DNA of 64,000 nt from the NCBI GenBank assembly GCA_016192455.1, contig JACPUC010000007.1, positions 194,720 through 258,719 of the forward strand. Reading direction: 5' to 3'. This DNA is from Candidatus Tectimicrobiota bacterium. Lineage in GTDB: Bacteria > JACPUC01. The position numbers and the translations under genes are program-made. Positions 9,549 to 19,900 of the stretch are shown piece after piece; position 1 is the stretch's first letter; every line of letters begins with the position of its first letter. Below the pieces are notes generated by a model. It did no database searches. It was given only the letters and a program-made list of their open reading frames with translations, and was not told the DNA's origin.

Positions 9549-11303
9549 ATGGGCAAGTCAACCAGCGCAGCCTATGAGCGCGTGGAGCAGCTCCTGGGGC
9601 GCCAGGAGTGCGTCATCCTCGATGGCGGCGTGGCCACCGAGCTGCAGCGCGTGGGCATGCGCGACCAGCGTCTCAGCGATAAGGCGCTGTGGGGAACCTG
9701 GGCGCTCTTCCAATCGCCGTACAGCGTGCTGGAGGTGCACCGGCGCTACGCCGGGATCGGCTGCGATGTGATCTCCACGAACACCTGGGCGATCATGAGC
9801 GCGCCTGAGTTTGAGGCGCAGAACACCATGGGCCGCAGCGGCATCAGCCATTGGATGGACGCCGCCCGCCTCGGCATTCGCCTGGCGCGACGCGCCATCC
9901 AGGAGGCCGGCAGGAGCGGCGAATGCGCCGTGGCCTTCAGCGTCAACGGAGATATCGAGAAGCCGCAGCAGCAGGAGACGCTGCACCTTCTGACGCGCAT
10001 CTTCGAAGAAGACCCCCCCGACCTCATCCTGATGGAGACGCTCACCCTCATCCGCGACAACCTCACTTACCCCGCCATCGAGCGCATGCTGCGGACGGGG
10101 CTGCCGGTGTGGTTGAGCTTTCGTCGCTGCCTGCACGGCGTGTGCGGCGTCTTCGGGCAACACTGGGGCGGACCGGAAGGCGACCTCTTCGGGCGAGCCA
10201 CCCAGCGCTTCGAATCGCTCGGGGTGCGCGCCGTTCTCCTCAATTGCCTGCCCGCGGATCACGTGCCAGGCATGCTCACCTGGCTGCGCGATTTCACCGA
10301 TCTACCCCTGGGCGTCTACCCCAACCTGGGACGCTACCTCGATCCGGGGTGGCAGTTTGATGAGCGCGTTGGACCGGAGGAGTACACGGCCCTCGCTCTC
10401 CAGTGGCGGGAAGAGGGCGCCCAGCTCATTGGCGGCTGCTGCGGCGTCACCCCGGAACACATCGCAGCCGCCAAGGCCAGCCTGAAGGGAACCAAGCCCG
10501 GACACCGCCGCGGCCTCAGCGCCGCGTTCTCGGCAACGCACCTCGATCCCCTGCTCGCCCCCGCGCACACGGCCAGGGCGCCGAAGCCGTGGATGGACGA
10601 GCAGAACCGCGTCATTTCGCCGCTCCCTTTTCCCGACCTCGTCTGCGATCCCGGCGTGTTTTTGCCCACCCAGGGAAGCTACCTCCTGTGGAAATTCATC
10701 TTCCGCGGCGGCATCGGCAGAGGCCAGCGCTGCCTCGACGTCGGCTGCGGCACCGGCATCCTCACCGTGCAGCTCGCCCTCAATGGCGCCGTGCAAGTCC
10801 GCGCCATCGACATCCAGAGAGAGGCCGTCGCCAACACGATGACCAATGCGTACCGCAACGGCATCGCCGATCGGGTGGTCGGTTCCGTGGTGGACCTCTA
10901 CACCTACCTCCCGACGGAGACCTACGACGTCGTCGCGGCCAGCCTCTTCCAGATGCCCGTCGATCCGTTCAAGGAATCGAGCGGGCATCGCCCCGTTGAT
11001 TACTGGGGAAGGAACCTGCTCGACCACTTCATCAGGCTGCTGCCCGACCTCCTCAACGAAGACGGGGTGGCGTACTTCATGCAAGTGTCGATGCTCAGTC
11101 AGATGCGCACCGCCGAGCTCTTGGACGAGGCGCATTTGGACTTCCGGGTTCTCGATTTCAGCTTCTATCCCTTCAGCTCCGTCTTCTATGAGAACATGGA
11201 GCAGATTCGCCGCGTGGAAGAGCTCTCCGACGCCTACCACCTGAATCTCGGAGCCGACCACGTCATGGTCATGTACCTGGTCGAGGCCCGCCGCCGCAGG
11301 TAG
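9549..11303 (+). CDS. Homocysteine S-methyltransferase-family domain fused to a class I SAM-dependent (HemK/MTS-like) methyltransferase
   Basis: Start ATG 9549 after GGGAGG. N-domain: ILDGGVATEL, ETL, LLNC, GVYPNLG, LIGGCCG (Zn ligands). C-domain: CLDVGCGTGIL, AIDIQ, YDVVAASLFQMP. Confidence 0.85.
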   Translation: MGKSTSAAYERVEQLLGRQECVILDGGVATELQRVGMRDQRLSDKALWGTWALFQSPYSVLEVHRRYAGIGCDVISTNTWAIMSAPEFEAQNTMGRSGISHWMDAARLGIRLARRAIQEAGRSGECAVAFSVNGDIEKPQQQETLHLLTRIFEEDPPDLILMETLTLIRDNLTYPAIERMLRTGLPVWLSFRRCLHGVCGVFGQHWGGPEGDLFGRATQRFESLGVRAVLLNCLPADHVPGMLTWLRDFTDLPLGVYPNLGRYLDPGWQFDERVGPEEYTALALQWREEGAQLIGGCCGVTPEHIAAAKASLKGTKPGHRRGLSAAFSATHLDPLLAPAHTARAPKPWMDEQNRVISPLPFPDLVCDPGVFLPTQGSYLLWKFIFRGGIGRGQRCLDVGCGTGILTVQLALNGAVQVRAIDIQREAVANTMTNAYRNGIADRVVGSVVDLYTYLPTETYDVVAASLFQMPVDPFKESSGHRPVDYWGRNLLDHFIRLLPDLLNEDGVAYFMQVSMLSQMRTAELLDEAHLDFRVLDFSFYPFSSVFYENMEQIRRVEELSDAYHLNLGADHVMVMYLVEARRRR

Positions 11304-11534
11304 GGCGTGCCTGCTGGCGAGACTTCGCCTTGCCGGGTGTGGTCCCGCTGCCTGCCGCCGAGCTTCCGGCTGCCGACGCCAGGGGGAGGAAGCCAGCGCG
11401 GCGGACCGCGGCAACGACACCCCCCCAGTCCCTGCGTGTCGTGAGTCGCGCGCCGGCTGGGCCTGTCGCAGGGTAGGGTGGTGAGCGCACTTCCCGGCCG
11501 GTGGCGACGGCGCCAGGCTGGGTGAGGAGACCTC

Positions 11535-12752
11535 ATGATCCGCGCTGGAGCCGCGCTCTCCAGGGAGGCGGACAGCGCTTCCGCCGCTCGCCAAGCCACC
11601 CGCCAGGCGCTGCGCCAGGCGGGTCTCCGTCGCGCCGACGCTGTCCTTCTCTTTGCCACGTCCAGCCATGCGCGCAGCTACGACGTGCTGCTCCAGGAGG
11701 TGAGCCGCATGGCTGGCACCCGGAAGATCGCGGGCGGCAGCGGGCAGAGCGTGCTGGGGCCCGATGAAGAGATCGAGAGCGGGCCAGGGGTAGCGCTGCT
11801 CGTCCTTGGGTCGGAGGAGCTGGAGCTGCGCGCGGGCGTCAGTGGGGGGCTGCGCGACCGGGCCGCCGGCTGCGGACGCGAGGTGGCTCAGGGAGCAGGG
11901 CTTGGGCCTGCCGCGCAGCAAGGGCTCGTCCTTGCCATGCTGGATACCATGAACTGCGATCCGGAAGCTTTCCTTGCCGGCTTTCAGGACCTCGCGCCTG
12001 GGGTGCCGCTCTGTGGCGGCGGCACCTCGGGGGATGCGGGCGGCTCGTCGTTTCAGCTTTGTGGCGGCGAGGCGCACACCAACGCTGTGGCCTACCTTGC
12101 TCTGGGCGGCCGATTCAGAGTGGTCCATGGCATTACCCAGGCCTGTTTCCCTGTTGCCCCGCCCCTCGTCATCACCCGCGCCGCCGGCCGCCTGGTTTAT
12201 GAGCTTGGGGGCAAGCCCGCCTACGCGCTCCTCGCCGAGCTCCTGCGCGGTCCAGTCTTTCACGGCCCGCAACGGCCCCATGCCCTGTTCGCCGGAATCT
12301 CCGTCGATCCGTCGCAAACCTTCGAGCGCGGGCAGTACCTCATCCGCCACCTCGCGGCGGTGGACCCGCGGCGTGGCGTCATCGGCCTGTCCGCGCCGGT
12401 CGCCACCGGCCAGTCCCTTGCCTTCATGGTCTTCGAGCCGGCCAGAGCGCGTGACGACCTGCTCAGCATGCTGGACGACCTGCGGCGTCACCTGGCCGGC
12501 GCGACGCCACGCTTCGGCCTCTACTTCAATTGCTGCAGCCGCGGCAGCACGCTCTACCACGAGGCCGGCGTTGATCCCCGCCTGCTGAAGCAGGCCTTCC
12601 CGGAGCTGCCGATCATCGGCTTCACCACCGGGTTCGAGCTTGCTCCCATCGGCGCGCGGAACTTCCTCCACCTCTATTCCGGCATCCTGGTGGTGGTGGC
12701 CGAGGAGAGCAACGGCCCTCCTCTCCGTCCGCGGCACGAGCAGCCGCTCTGA
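11535..12752 (+). CDS. Stand-alone FIST (FIST_N + FIST_C) sensory domain protein
   Basis: ADAVLLFATS..H, EIESGPGVALL, PLCGG, VYELGGKPA, YLIRHL, GLYFNCCSRG, GFTTGFEL..LHLYSGIL are FIST-type motifs; GAGGAG RBS. Confidence 0.85.
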   Translation: MIRAGAALSREADSASAARQATRQALRQAGLRRADAVLLFATSSHARSYDVLLQEVSRMAGTRKIAGGSGQSVLGPDEEIESGPGVALLVLGSEELELRAGVSGGLRDRAAGCGREVAQGAGLGPAAQQGLVLAMLDTMNCDPEAFLAGFQDLAPGVPLCGGGTSGDAGGSSFQLCGGEAHTNAVAYLALGGRFRVVHGITQACFPVAPPLVITRAAGRLVYELGGKPAYALLAELLRGPVFHGPQRPHALFAGISVDPSQTFERGQYLIRHLAAVDPRRGVIGLSAPVATGQSLAFMVFEPARARDDLLSMLDDLRRHLAGATPRFGLYFNCCSRGSTLYHEAGVDPRLLKQAFPELPIIGFTTGFELAPIGARNFLHLYSGILVVVAEESNGPPLRPRHEQPL

Positions 12753-12903
12753 GAGACAATCTCCGCGACCGAGAGAGGTACGCCACGGGAGCAGCCGGCT
12801 CCCCTGCTCAGCCGGTTATGCTGGCGAGGTGGTCGGGGGGCGTCGCCGCCGCGGAGGCATTTGCCGCGCCGGGAGAAAATTCCGCCAGGGACGCCTTTCC
12901 CCA

Positions 12904-12933
12904 TTGACAAGCCATTTTCTCCTCCCATAAGTT
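12904..12933 (+). promoter_or_regulatory. Candidate sigma70-type promoter for the cNMP-FHA gene
   Basis: Perfect TTGACA (12904-12909), 18-bp spacer, TAAGTT, in an AT-rich patch ~100 bp before the GTG start. Confidence 0.45.
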
Positions 12934-13034
12934 TGGTAGCCGTTGAAAGAAAAGGGAACGGCAACCCAGGAACTGGGTGGGGAATCGTGGTGGCAGGCGG
13001 GAGAGGGAGCAACCAATTGGGGGGAGCCTGAGTC

Positions 13035-13862
13035 GTGGCCGGCAAACGAATCTATGCGCCTGGCGAGGTCATTATTGAAGAGAAGAGCCACGGCACCACG
13101 GCGTACATCATCGAACGCGGCAGGGTGGAAGTCTCGGCACAAAGCAGGCGCGGCAAGGTGATCCTCGGCCGCCTCGGCAAGGATGAGATTTTCGGCGAGA
13201 TCGGCTTACTCGAGGATACGCCGCGCACGGCAACCGTCGCGGCGGTCGACGAGGTCGTCGCCATCGAGCTGGATCGCGACGATTTCAATGAGGCCCTGCT
13301 GAAGAACCCGCGCTTGATCCTGCCGCTCATGAAGGCCTTCTTCGAGCGCCTGAGGCAATTGAATCGACGAGTCGTGGAGGCCAGCGCCAGGGAGTCGCGG
13401 CCGCAGGCGGCGTTCCCTCAAGGAGCGGAGCTGCAACCCGAAGCCCCCTTCGGAGAGGAATCCCCCTTCGCAGCGGAAGCCCCCGTCCCCGGGAAAGTCA
13501 TCCTGAGCGGCGTGAGCAAGCCCGCGCAGGATGCGCTCGAAGGCCACGAAATGGTGATTGACCGGTTCCCGTTCAAGGTGGGTCGACAATCACGCGATTC
13601 CTCCGTCGATGCGCTGAGCCACAACGACCTTTACCTGTCAGATCACGCCCCCTACAACGTCTCCCGCAACCATTTCTCGATCAATCAGAGTTTGGGGCAG
13701 CGCTACCTCGTCGATCGGGGAAGCAAGCTCGGAACGCTCCTGAATAACCAGCGACTTGGCGGCGGGGGTGGGGCCGACCGCGTGAAGCTGAACCAGGGTG
13801 AGAACATCATCGTCGTCGGCTCGCCAAGCTCCCCCTTCCGCTTCCGGCTGATGCTGCACTAA
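13035..13862 (+). CDS. Cyclic-nucleotide-binding domain + FHA domain protein
   Basis: cNMP cassette FGEIGLLEDTPRTATV; FHA motifs FKVGR..VSRNHF..LVDRGSKLGTLLN. Confidence 0.85.
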   Translation: MAGKRIYAPGEVIIEEKSHGTTAYIIERGRVEVSAQSRRGKVILGRLGKDEIFGEIGLLEDTPRTATVAAVDEVVAIELDRDDFNEALLKNPRLILPLMKAFFERLRQLNRRVVEASARESRPQAAFPQGAELQPEAPFGEESPFAAEAPVPGKVILSGVSKPAQDALEGHEMVIDRFPFKVGRQSRDSSVDALSHNDLYLSDHAPYNVSRNHFSINQSLGQRYLVDRGSKLGTLLNNQRLGGGGGADRVKLNQGENIIVVGSPSSPFRFRLMLH

Positions 13863-14281
13863 GGGGAGGTGGAGCGCGAGCCTGGAGGCCCATCCGCCAA
13901 TGCGAGCTTCCGCGAAGGCTGCACGTCAGCGCGGCGCGCCGTGGAGGGGCCGCGTGCCCGGGTCAGGAAGGGGACGGCAGACGAGGAACGCTTGGGGAGC
14001 GCACCGATGTGCCCCCAGCTCCGGCGGCCAGCGGTCCGCCGCCCCCGCGTCCACCGTTTTGGGGGAGGGTTTTCCGGGAAAGACGTTCGAAGGGGAAGGT
14101 GGAGGCGCCGGCGCCAACGCGTAGGGGGCGGCGGGGCGGGTGGTCTGTTCCCCGCGGCATCGCCGGGTGGGGCCGCGGAGCAAGGTGCGTGGCGCGCGCC
14201 GCAAGGTTCGGGGAAGTTGTCGGTCGCCGGTGCGGTTGCCGGCGGGAATCTGTCAGCTACACGAAGCGCAGCGAGGAAGTC

Positions 14282-14533
14282 ATGGCGGGCGGAAGCTATA
14301 GTGTGCGTTGCCCAAAATGCGGGCGACGGGTGGCGGTTCGTCACGAGATCGACATCGAGTTCATCGAAGAGAACGGCTGCCCCGCGTGCGCGGATCCCGA
14401 AGACGAAGAACTTGGTGAAGCCGACCAGAGCGGCCTCGATGACGAGACCGACGAAGAGTTCATCGAGGAACTTGATGGCGACGACGAGGAGGACGTCGAC
14501 CCCCTAGATGACGACTATGAAGACTACAACTGA
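14282..14533 (+). CDS. Small zinc-ribbon protein with highly acidic tail (83 aa)
   Basis: Inside the longer track ORF 14009..14533; ATG 14282 after GAGGAAG. MAGGSYSVRCPKCGRR..CPAC followed by a D/E-rich tail. Confidence 0.7.
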   Translation: MAGGSYSVRCPKCGRRVAVRHEIDIEFIEENGCPACADPEDEELGEADQSGLDDETDEEFIEELDGDDEEDVDPLDDDYEDYN

Positions 14534-14765
14534 CTCGGAGGCGTAACCCGCCGCCCAAATCCCACGCGCGGCGAACGAGATGGTGCCGTGCAAGGGAAGA
14601 GGGAGGCGGCCTGCCGGAGCGACGCTCTCCCTGCGCTGGCAATGGAGGGGAGGGGTGGAGGACGGGAGCGAAACGCCCCGTCTTGTCGGCGCTCGGGGTT
14701 TGATCGCGCTCCACGATGGCGGGGCGGTGGGAGAGTATAAGCTGGTGCCGCGCTCTGTAACCCGC

Positions 14766-15368
14766 TCAGGAGGTTAAGTAGTTGCGACGCACGAGCTCGC
14801 GCTGACGTTGAAACGTGTAGCGCACCAGGAGGTCCCGGTCGTCCTCGTGTATCTCCTCGAAGTGGACGGAGATGGCGAAGAGACGATCACCCGTGGGCGC
14901 TTTCTGTGAGTGCGCGACTCGCGTCACCCTCCCCAGAACGAGCAGTTCGCTGGGCGGGAACGTCGGCAGCGTGACCGTCAACGCCAGGCGACTCCCGGTC
15001 TGATAGCTCACCTGGGTTGCAAAACACATCCCCGAGCCGCTGATCTCGACCTCCCCCGTCTCCTCAAACTCGTCCTCGTTCAGGGCTGGCTGTTTGAGAA
15101 GCCGCAGAAGTGCATCAAGCTTCTTATCGATGCCGACGAGCAGCTCAATCAAGAGCGGCGAGACGCCGAGTTCCTGCTGCAGCTCGCTGGCGCGGTGCAT
15201 CGATCCCTGCAGGAGCTTCTCCATGCTGCCGCGATTGCCGCGCGGAACCGTCAGCAGCCCGCGCCACCCTTCAACCTCGGCAGGTTTGAGGAGCCGATGG
15301 CGGAGGCGCAGAACATCCTTCACACGGACATACTGACGCCGTTGCCGTTGTTGCTCAGACGCTGGCAC
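14766..15368 (-). CDS. PilZ-domain (c-di-GMP-binding) protein
   Basis: RRQYVR (RxxxR) and EISGSG (D/ExSxxG) motifs; C-terminal FEEIHEDDRDLLVRYTFQRQRE. Confidence 0.85.
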   Translation of the reverse strand: MPASEQQRQRRQYVRVKDVLRLRHRLLKPAEVEGWRGLLTVPRGNRGSMEKLLQGSMHRASELQQELGVSPLLIELLVGIDKKLDALLRLLKQPALNEDEFEETGEVEISGSGMCFATQVSYQTGSRLALTVTLPTFPPSELLVLGRVTRVAHSQKAPTGDRLFAISVHFEEIHEDDRDLLVRYTFQRQRELVRRNYLTS

Positions 15369-15846
15369 AGTGCTTCGTCCCTTCCCTCAGAGGAGGCCGA
15401 TCTCACCGCCGCCACCGGGCAGCAGGCAGGGAGAGCGTCGCGCTTCCTCCTTTCCAGCTTCGGGCGCCTGCCCCTCTTGCGATCTGACAAGCACGACCCG
15501 TACCACGCACGGCGCCCGGCCCCAGCCTTCCCGCCGCGCCGCCCCCTCCGCCCGCCGCGGCGCGCCGCAATGCATCACGTGACGGTGCTCCACCGGTCAA
15601 CCGACAGCCTCGGGCGCCGCGAGGTCAACCCCGCATCCCACGACAGCGCCAACCAGTAGACAGCCCTCGTCAGCTCATTGACATGCTTGCCTGGCTGCTG
15701 CTGGGTGCCTCAGCTCCGTCTCCGCGGGAGGGCCGCGCGACGAAGTCCACGCCTCGCAGACCCGCGGTCGGTGACTTTATTGGTCAAAGCGCTTCGTTGA
15801 TCAGGCAGGGAGAACGAGCTGTCCGCGCGCCGTTGCCCCTCCGGGA

Positions 15847-16329
15847 TCAGCCGCATCGCTGCAGAAACGCGGGAGGCGCGTTGGCGGGAGCTGCGCGGTA
15901 GCTCTTCAAGGTGCGGCGACCACGCGCAAGCTGCTCGATCTCCCGCTGCACCTCGGCTTGCATCTGCTGGAGCTGACGAATCGAGCGCTGCTCAAGCGCG
16001 AGCATCTCCTCCACAACCTGGGTGAGAGGTTCAACCAGCCGACGCACGTCTGGCGCCGCGAGGGTTGGCTGCACCAGCATGTCGCTGAACTTCACGAGAG
16101 CTGGTCGCTGGTCGTCAAGGTCTGGAGTATCGAGGATCTCGTGCAGGCGGCGCAGCTCAGCCACCCTTCGCTCCTTCGCATTGACGATGTGGCAGAGGCG
16201 TCCCAGGTCTCGCGCCTGGATCGCCTCGAGCTGCTGCTCGAGAAGTGTGCGCAGCGCCGCGTAGCCGGCGCAGAGCTGTTTGATCTCTCGCGGCCCACTG
16301 CGGAGACCAGCCGAGGGAACCGATGCCAT
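15847..16329 (-). CDS. Flagellar export chaperone-like protein (FlgN/FliT-like)
   Basis: Helical 160 aa, LLEQQLEAIQARDLGRL..VNAKE pattern, directly downstream of fliS; family uncertain. Confidence 0.55.
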   Translation of the reverse strand: MASVPSAGLRSGPREIKQLCAGYAALRTLLEQQLEAIQARDLGRLCHIVNAKERRVAELRRLHEILDTPDLDDQRPALVKFSDMLVQPTLAAPDVRRLVEPLTQVVEEMLALEQRSIRQLQQMQAEVQREIEQLARGRRTLKSYRAAPANAPPAFLQRCG

Positions 16330-16416
16330 GAACAGCTCTCCAGGAGTGCGTCAGACTCGCCGGCAGGCCGCGGCGCGCCCCACCTCCGGGGCTGCGAGCG
16401 GCGGCACGCTCGGCCT

Positions 16417-16884
16417 TCAGCCGCACAGGCTGATCGACGGGGACCGAGGGGGCACGGCTGGCATTGCGGCGGCGGGCGGCATCCCCGCCCCCTGGCGCGG
16501 CGGTTTCATCAATGCTTGCCACCACGCCTCGCGGAGGTCGCGCAGCATCCGACTCACCTCCTGCAAGGCCTCGTCGTCCCGCTTCGTCGTGCCCTCGAGG
16601 AGGCGCCGCAGCATATACAGGTAGAGCTGATCGAGTCGCTGCGCCAACTCGCCGGCTCCAAAGTCGATGCCGCCGCGGAGCTCGAAAATGATGTCCTGGA
16701 CCTTGGTGAGGTGCTCGCACTTTGCCGCGAAGTCGCGGCGTTGCTCGGCTTCATCGGCTTGCGCGAGGTGCCGCAGCGCGGCATCGTACAGAAGCAAGAG
16801 GAGCTGGGCCGTATCGGCGGTTCGAACCTGCGTCTCCGCGTAGGCTCTGGCATGCTGCCCAAGCACTCGAACTCCCTCCTTCAT
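16417..16884 (-). CDS. fliS: Flagellin chaperone FliS
   Basis: AYAETQVRTA..QLLLLLYDAAL..KVQDIIFEL..LDQLYLYM..LREAW; follows fliD. Confidence 0.93.
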   Translation of the reverse strand: MKEGVRVLGQHARAYAETQVRTADTAQLLLLLYDAALRHLAQADEAEQRRDFAAKCEHLTKVQDIIFELRGGIDFGAGELAQRLDQLYLYMLRRLLEGTTKRDDEALQEVSRMLRDLREAWWQALMKPPRQGAGMPPAAAMPAVPPRSPSISLCG

Positions 16885-16927
16885 CTGCGCTCGGCGCCTG
16901 AGGCTCGTCTCGGTGACGCCTTTATGA

Positions 16928-19900
16928 CTAGCCCAGGAGGCGCTGGCTCAAGAAGCTGCTCTGGGCATTGAGCTTCGCAATCGTCACCTCCAGCGCCACG
17001 AAGCGGTTCAAGAGAAGCTGACGACGCTTGGTCAGTCGTGCTTCCATGTTTTCGATCTGCTCGGCGATATCATCGGTGGTCGTCTCGAGTGAGAGGATGC
17101 GGCTCGGCACCGTGCCGGTGTTGGTGAGGGTGATGTAGTCCAACGCGCTGGCCATCTGCTCGCCCACGCCGAGGGTCAAGGTCACGGTGCCCCGCGAGCC
17201 GGTGGTGCTCCCCTTCACGAGCAACGCGAGACCCGCGATGCTCGTCGAGGTGCCGGCATCGCCGGTGAGCATCTGGCCTTTCCCCGTGGCGGCCTCGCCG
17301 TTGATGGTGCCGGCGACATCCGTGCCTTGCAGCGTGGCGGTGTTGGTGCCGGTCTTGTTGGCCCCCGAGCTGACGCTGAAACCATTCGCGCTGCCATACA
17401 AGTCGTGGGTCAGCACGAGCTGGTTGCTGCCGTTCTTCGTGGCCGTGATCTCGATGGCGTAGCGCCCCTCCTCGCCGGTGAAGTTCGTCGAGCTGTTGGC
17501 CGTGCTGAGCGTGCCGAAATCGAGCGAGCCGGGGAGCGACGTGAAGCTGAGGCTCATCTGGCTGTTCCCCGACCGCGCATCCTGCAACACCAGGTAGCCA
17601 TTATCGAGGAAGGCGTGCACCGTGTTCCCGTAAGCCGTCTCAATGGCGGTGAGGAGCAACTGCACGGTGTCCGTGCTTGAATTGCTGTAACTGTAGCTGC
17701 CGCTCACCTCGCCGCCGAGGCGGTCCGTCCCTTCGAAGGTGATGGTGCCACTCGTCGCCGGCGTGATGCCGGCGCCGTTGATACCGGCAAAGGTGGTGGA
17801 GTTGGTGATGGCGGTGGACCCGTCCGTGGTGTTGCGAACGGAGCCGACCTCCGTCTCTGTCTGCTCCACACTCAACTCGCCGTTGATGGCGCTGACGATC
17901 GTATCAATCGTGTCCCCCGCCGAGAGGGTGACGGTTGCGGCGCCGCCGCTGGCAAAGTCGGTGATGGTCACCGTTTCGCCACCGGCGGAAATGGGATTCG
18001 TCAGCAAGTTCACCGTGCCGGTCACCGCCGCTTTCGCGGCGAGCTGCGTGATGTTGATGGCGTAGGTGCCGGATTTCGTCTGCTTAGTGTTGGAGACGAA
18101 GTCGATGTTGGCATCCGTCGTCGTCCCCTGGGCCGTAAAGAGCTTCAGCACATCGTTGAAGTTCGACTCGATGACGGACCTCAACGTCGAGCTGTTGATC
18201 GACAGGATGCCGTCGCGGTCCGACGTGATGCCGACGCGCGAGAGGGAGTTATAGTCTCCGGCGACGCCGCTCACGGTGCGCCCGATGATCGTGGTGAGGG
18301 TGCGGCGCACACCCAACAACGTGCTATCGCCGAAGAGTGCCCCGCCTTGCTGGGTCTCTTCATCGAAGGTGTTCTGCTCGTTGATGAAGGAAAAGACATC
18401 GTTATAGGCATCGACGAACGCCTCGATGTCCTCGATCATGGCGTCGCTGTCGTGACCGATGCTGACGTTGATCGTCGTGCCGGAGGCCGCGGCTTTCAGG
18501 TTCAGGGTCACGCCGGCGGCCACGTCGGAGATGGAGTTGCTGGAGCGCGTCATCTCCAGGCCGTCAAGCACGATGGTGGCATCCCGCCCCGCCACCAGCT
18601 CGCGATCGCTCCCCGTCGTCGTCACCGCAAACGTGCCGAAGTTGAGCGCGCCACCGCCTTGGTTGTTCGCGGTGAGGGTGAGAGCAAGCTGACTGTCCCC
18701 CGCCGTGGAGTCGGTCAGGACGATCTTGCCGCTGCTGACCGAGGCCGTGACGGTGCTGTTGAAGGTCGTCCGGATGGCATCCAGGAGGTTTTGGATCGTA
18801 TTGGCACTGGGGTTCGTGATGGTGTAGCTGCCGCTCACCTGGTTGCCGTTGTGGTCCGTGCCGCTGATGAGGATCGTGTCATTGGCAGTCACGTTGGCGT
18901 TGAAGATTTGGTTGAACTTCGTCGTGGCGACGACGTTCTGCGACGGATCGGCGGCAAGCTTGTTGCTCTGGCTGCCGGTCAGGACCTGGGTGGTCACCGT
19001 GGCGAAATCGCCATCCAAGACGCCGAGCGTCTCCAGGATGTTGTTGACGTCGGTGTAGCTCGTCTCATTGATGCGCAAGTAGTAGCGGGTGCTGCCATCC
19101 TCCGTGACGGACTCGACACTGGCGGTGCCCGCGCCGAGGGCGGAGTTGTTGATCGTGGTGGCGATGGCGGTGAGCGAATCGGTGCCGAGATTGATGGCGA
19201 TGCCGACGCCGTTGATGGTCACGGTCCCCGCCTGGGAATCGCTCAGGTCGAGCAGGGTGCCGACCGCCGTCACCGAGCTGCTCAGCGTATCAGAGTCCGC
19301 GCCCCCGGTGAAACTGTTCTTGATGGAGGTGGTGGCGGCGTGGATGCCGAGCTCCTGCAGGACGCTATCGTTCGCCGCTTCGAGCAAGCTCATCCCATCG
19401 GCCCCGGTCGCCTCGCTGGTGAGAATGAGGCGCTTATCCGTGGATGAGACGCTCAGGATGCTCGCCGTCACGTTCGACGGTGAGCTGCCGGAGTTGACCG
19501 CGTTGATCTTGTCGCGCACGTCGGTGAGGCTGTCGGTGGCTTCCAGGAAAACCTCGCGCCCATTCACGAGGATATAGCCGCCGTTGAAGGTGGTGAGGCT
19601 GTTCAACGACGTGGTGGTGTCGCTGAACGAGCTTGAGGAGACCTTCTGGGCCTCCGCCAGGTTCTTCACTTCCACGGCCATGGTGCCGGGGCTGGCGCTG
19701 CTGGAGGTGGTCACCGAGAGGACGTTCTCCGCATCCACCGCGGCATTCGAAGAGGCAAGCGAACTGGTAAAGACGTTGAACGTATCGGTCTTCTGCAGTG
19801 TTTGAGCCGCGGTCTCAAAGCTCAGGAGCTTCGTGTTGAATTCTTGGAATGCGACAATCTTCCCTTCGTAGGAGAGTTTGCGCCGCCCCATCACATCCAC

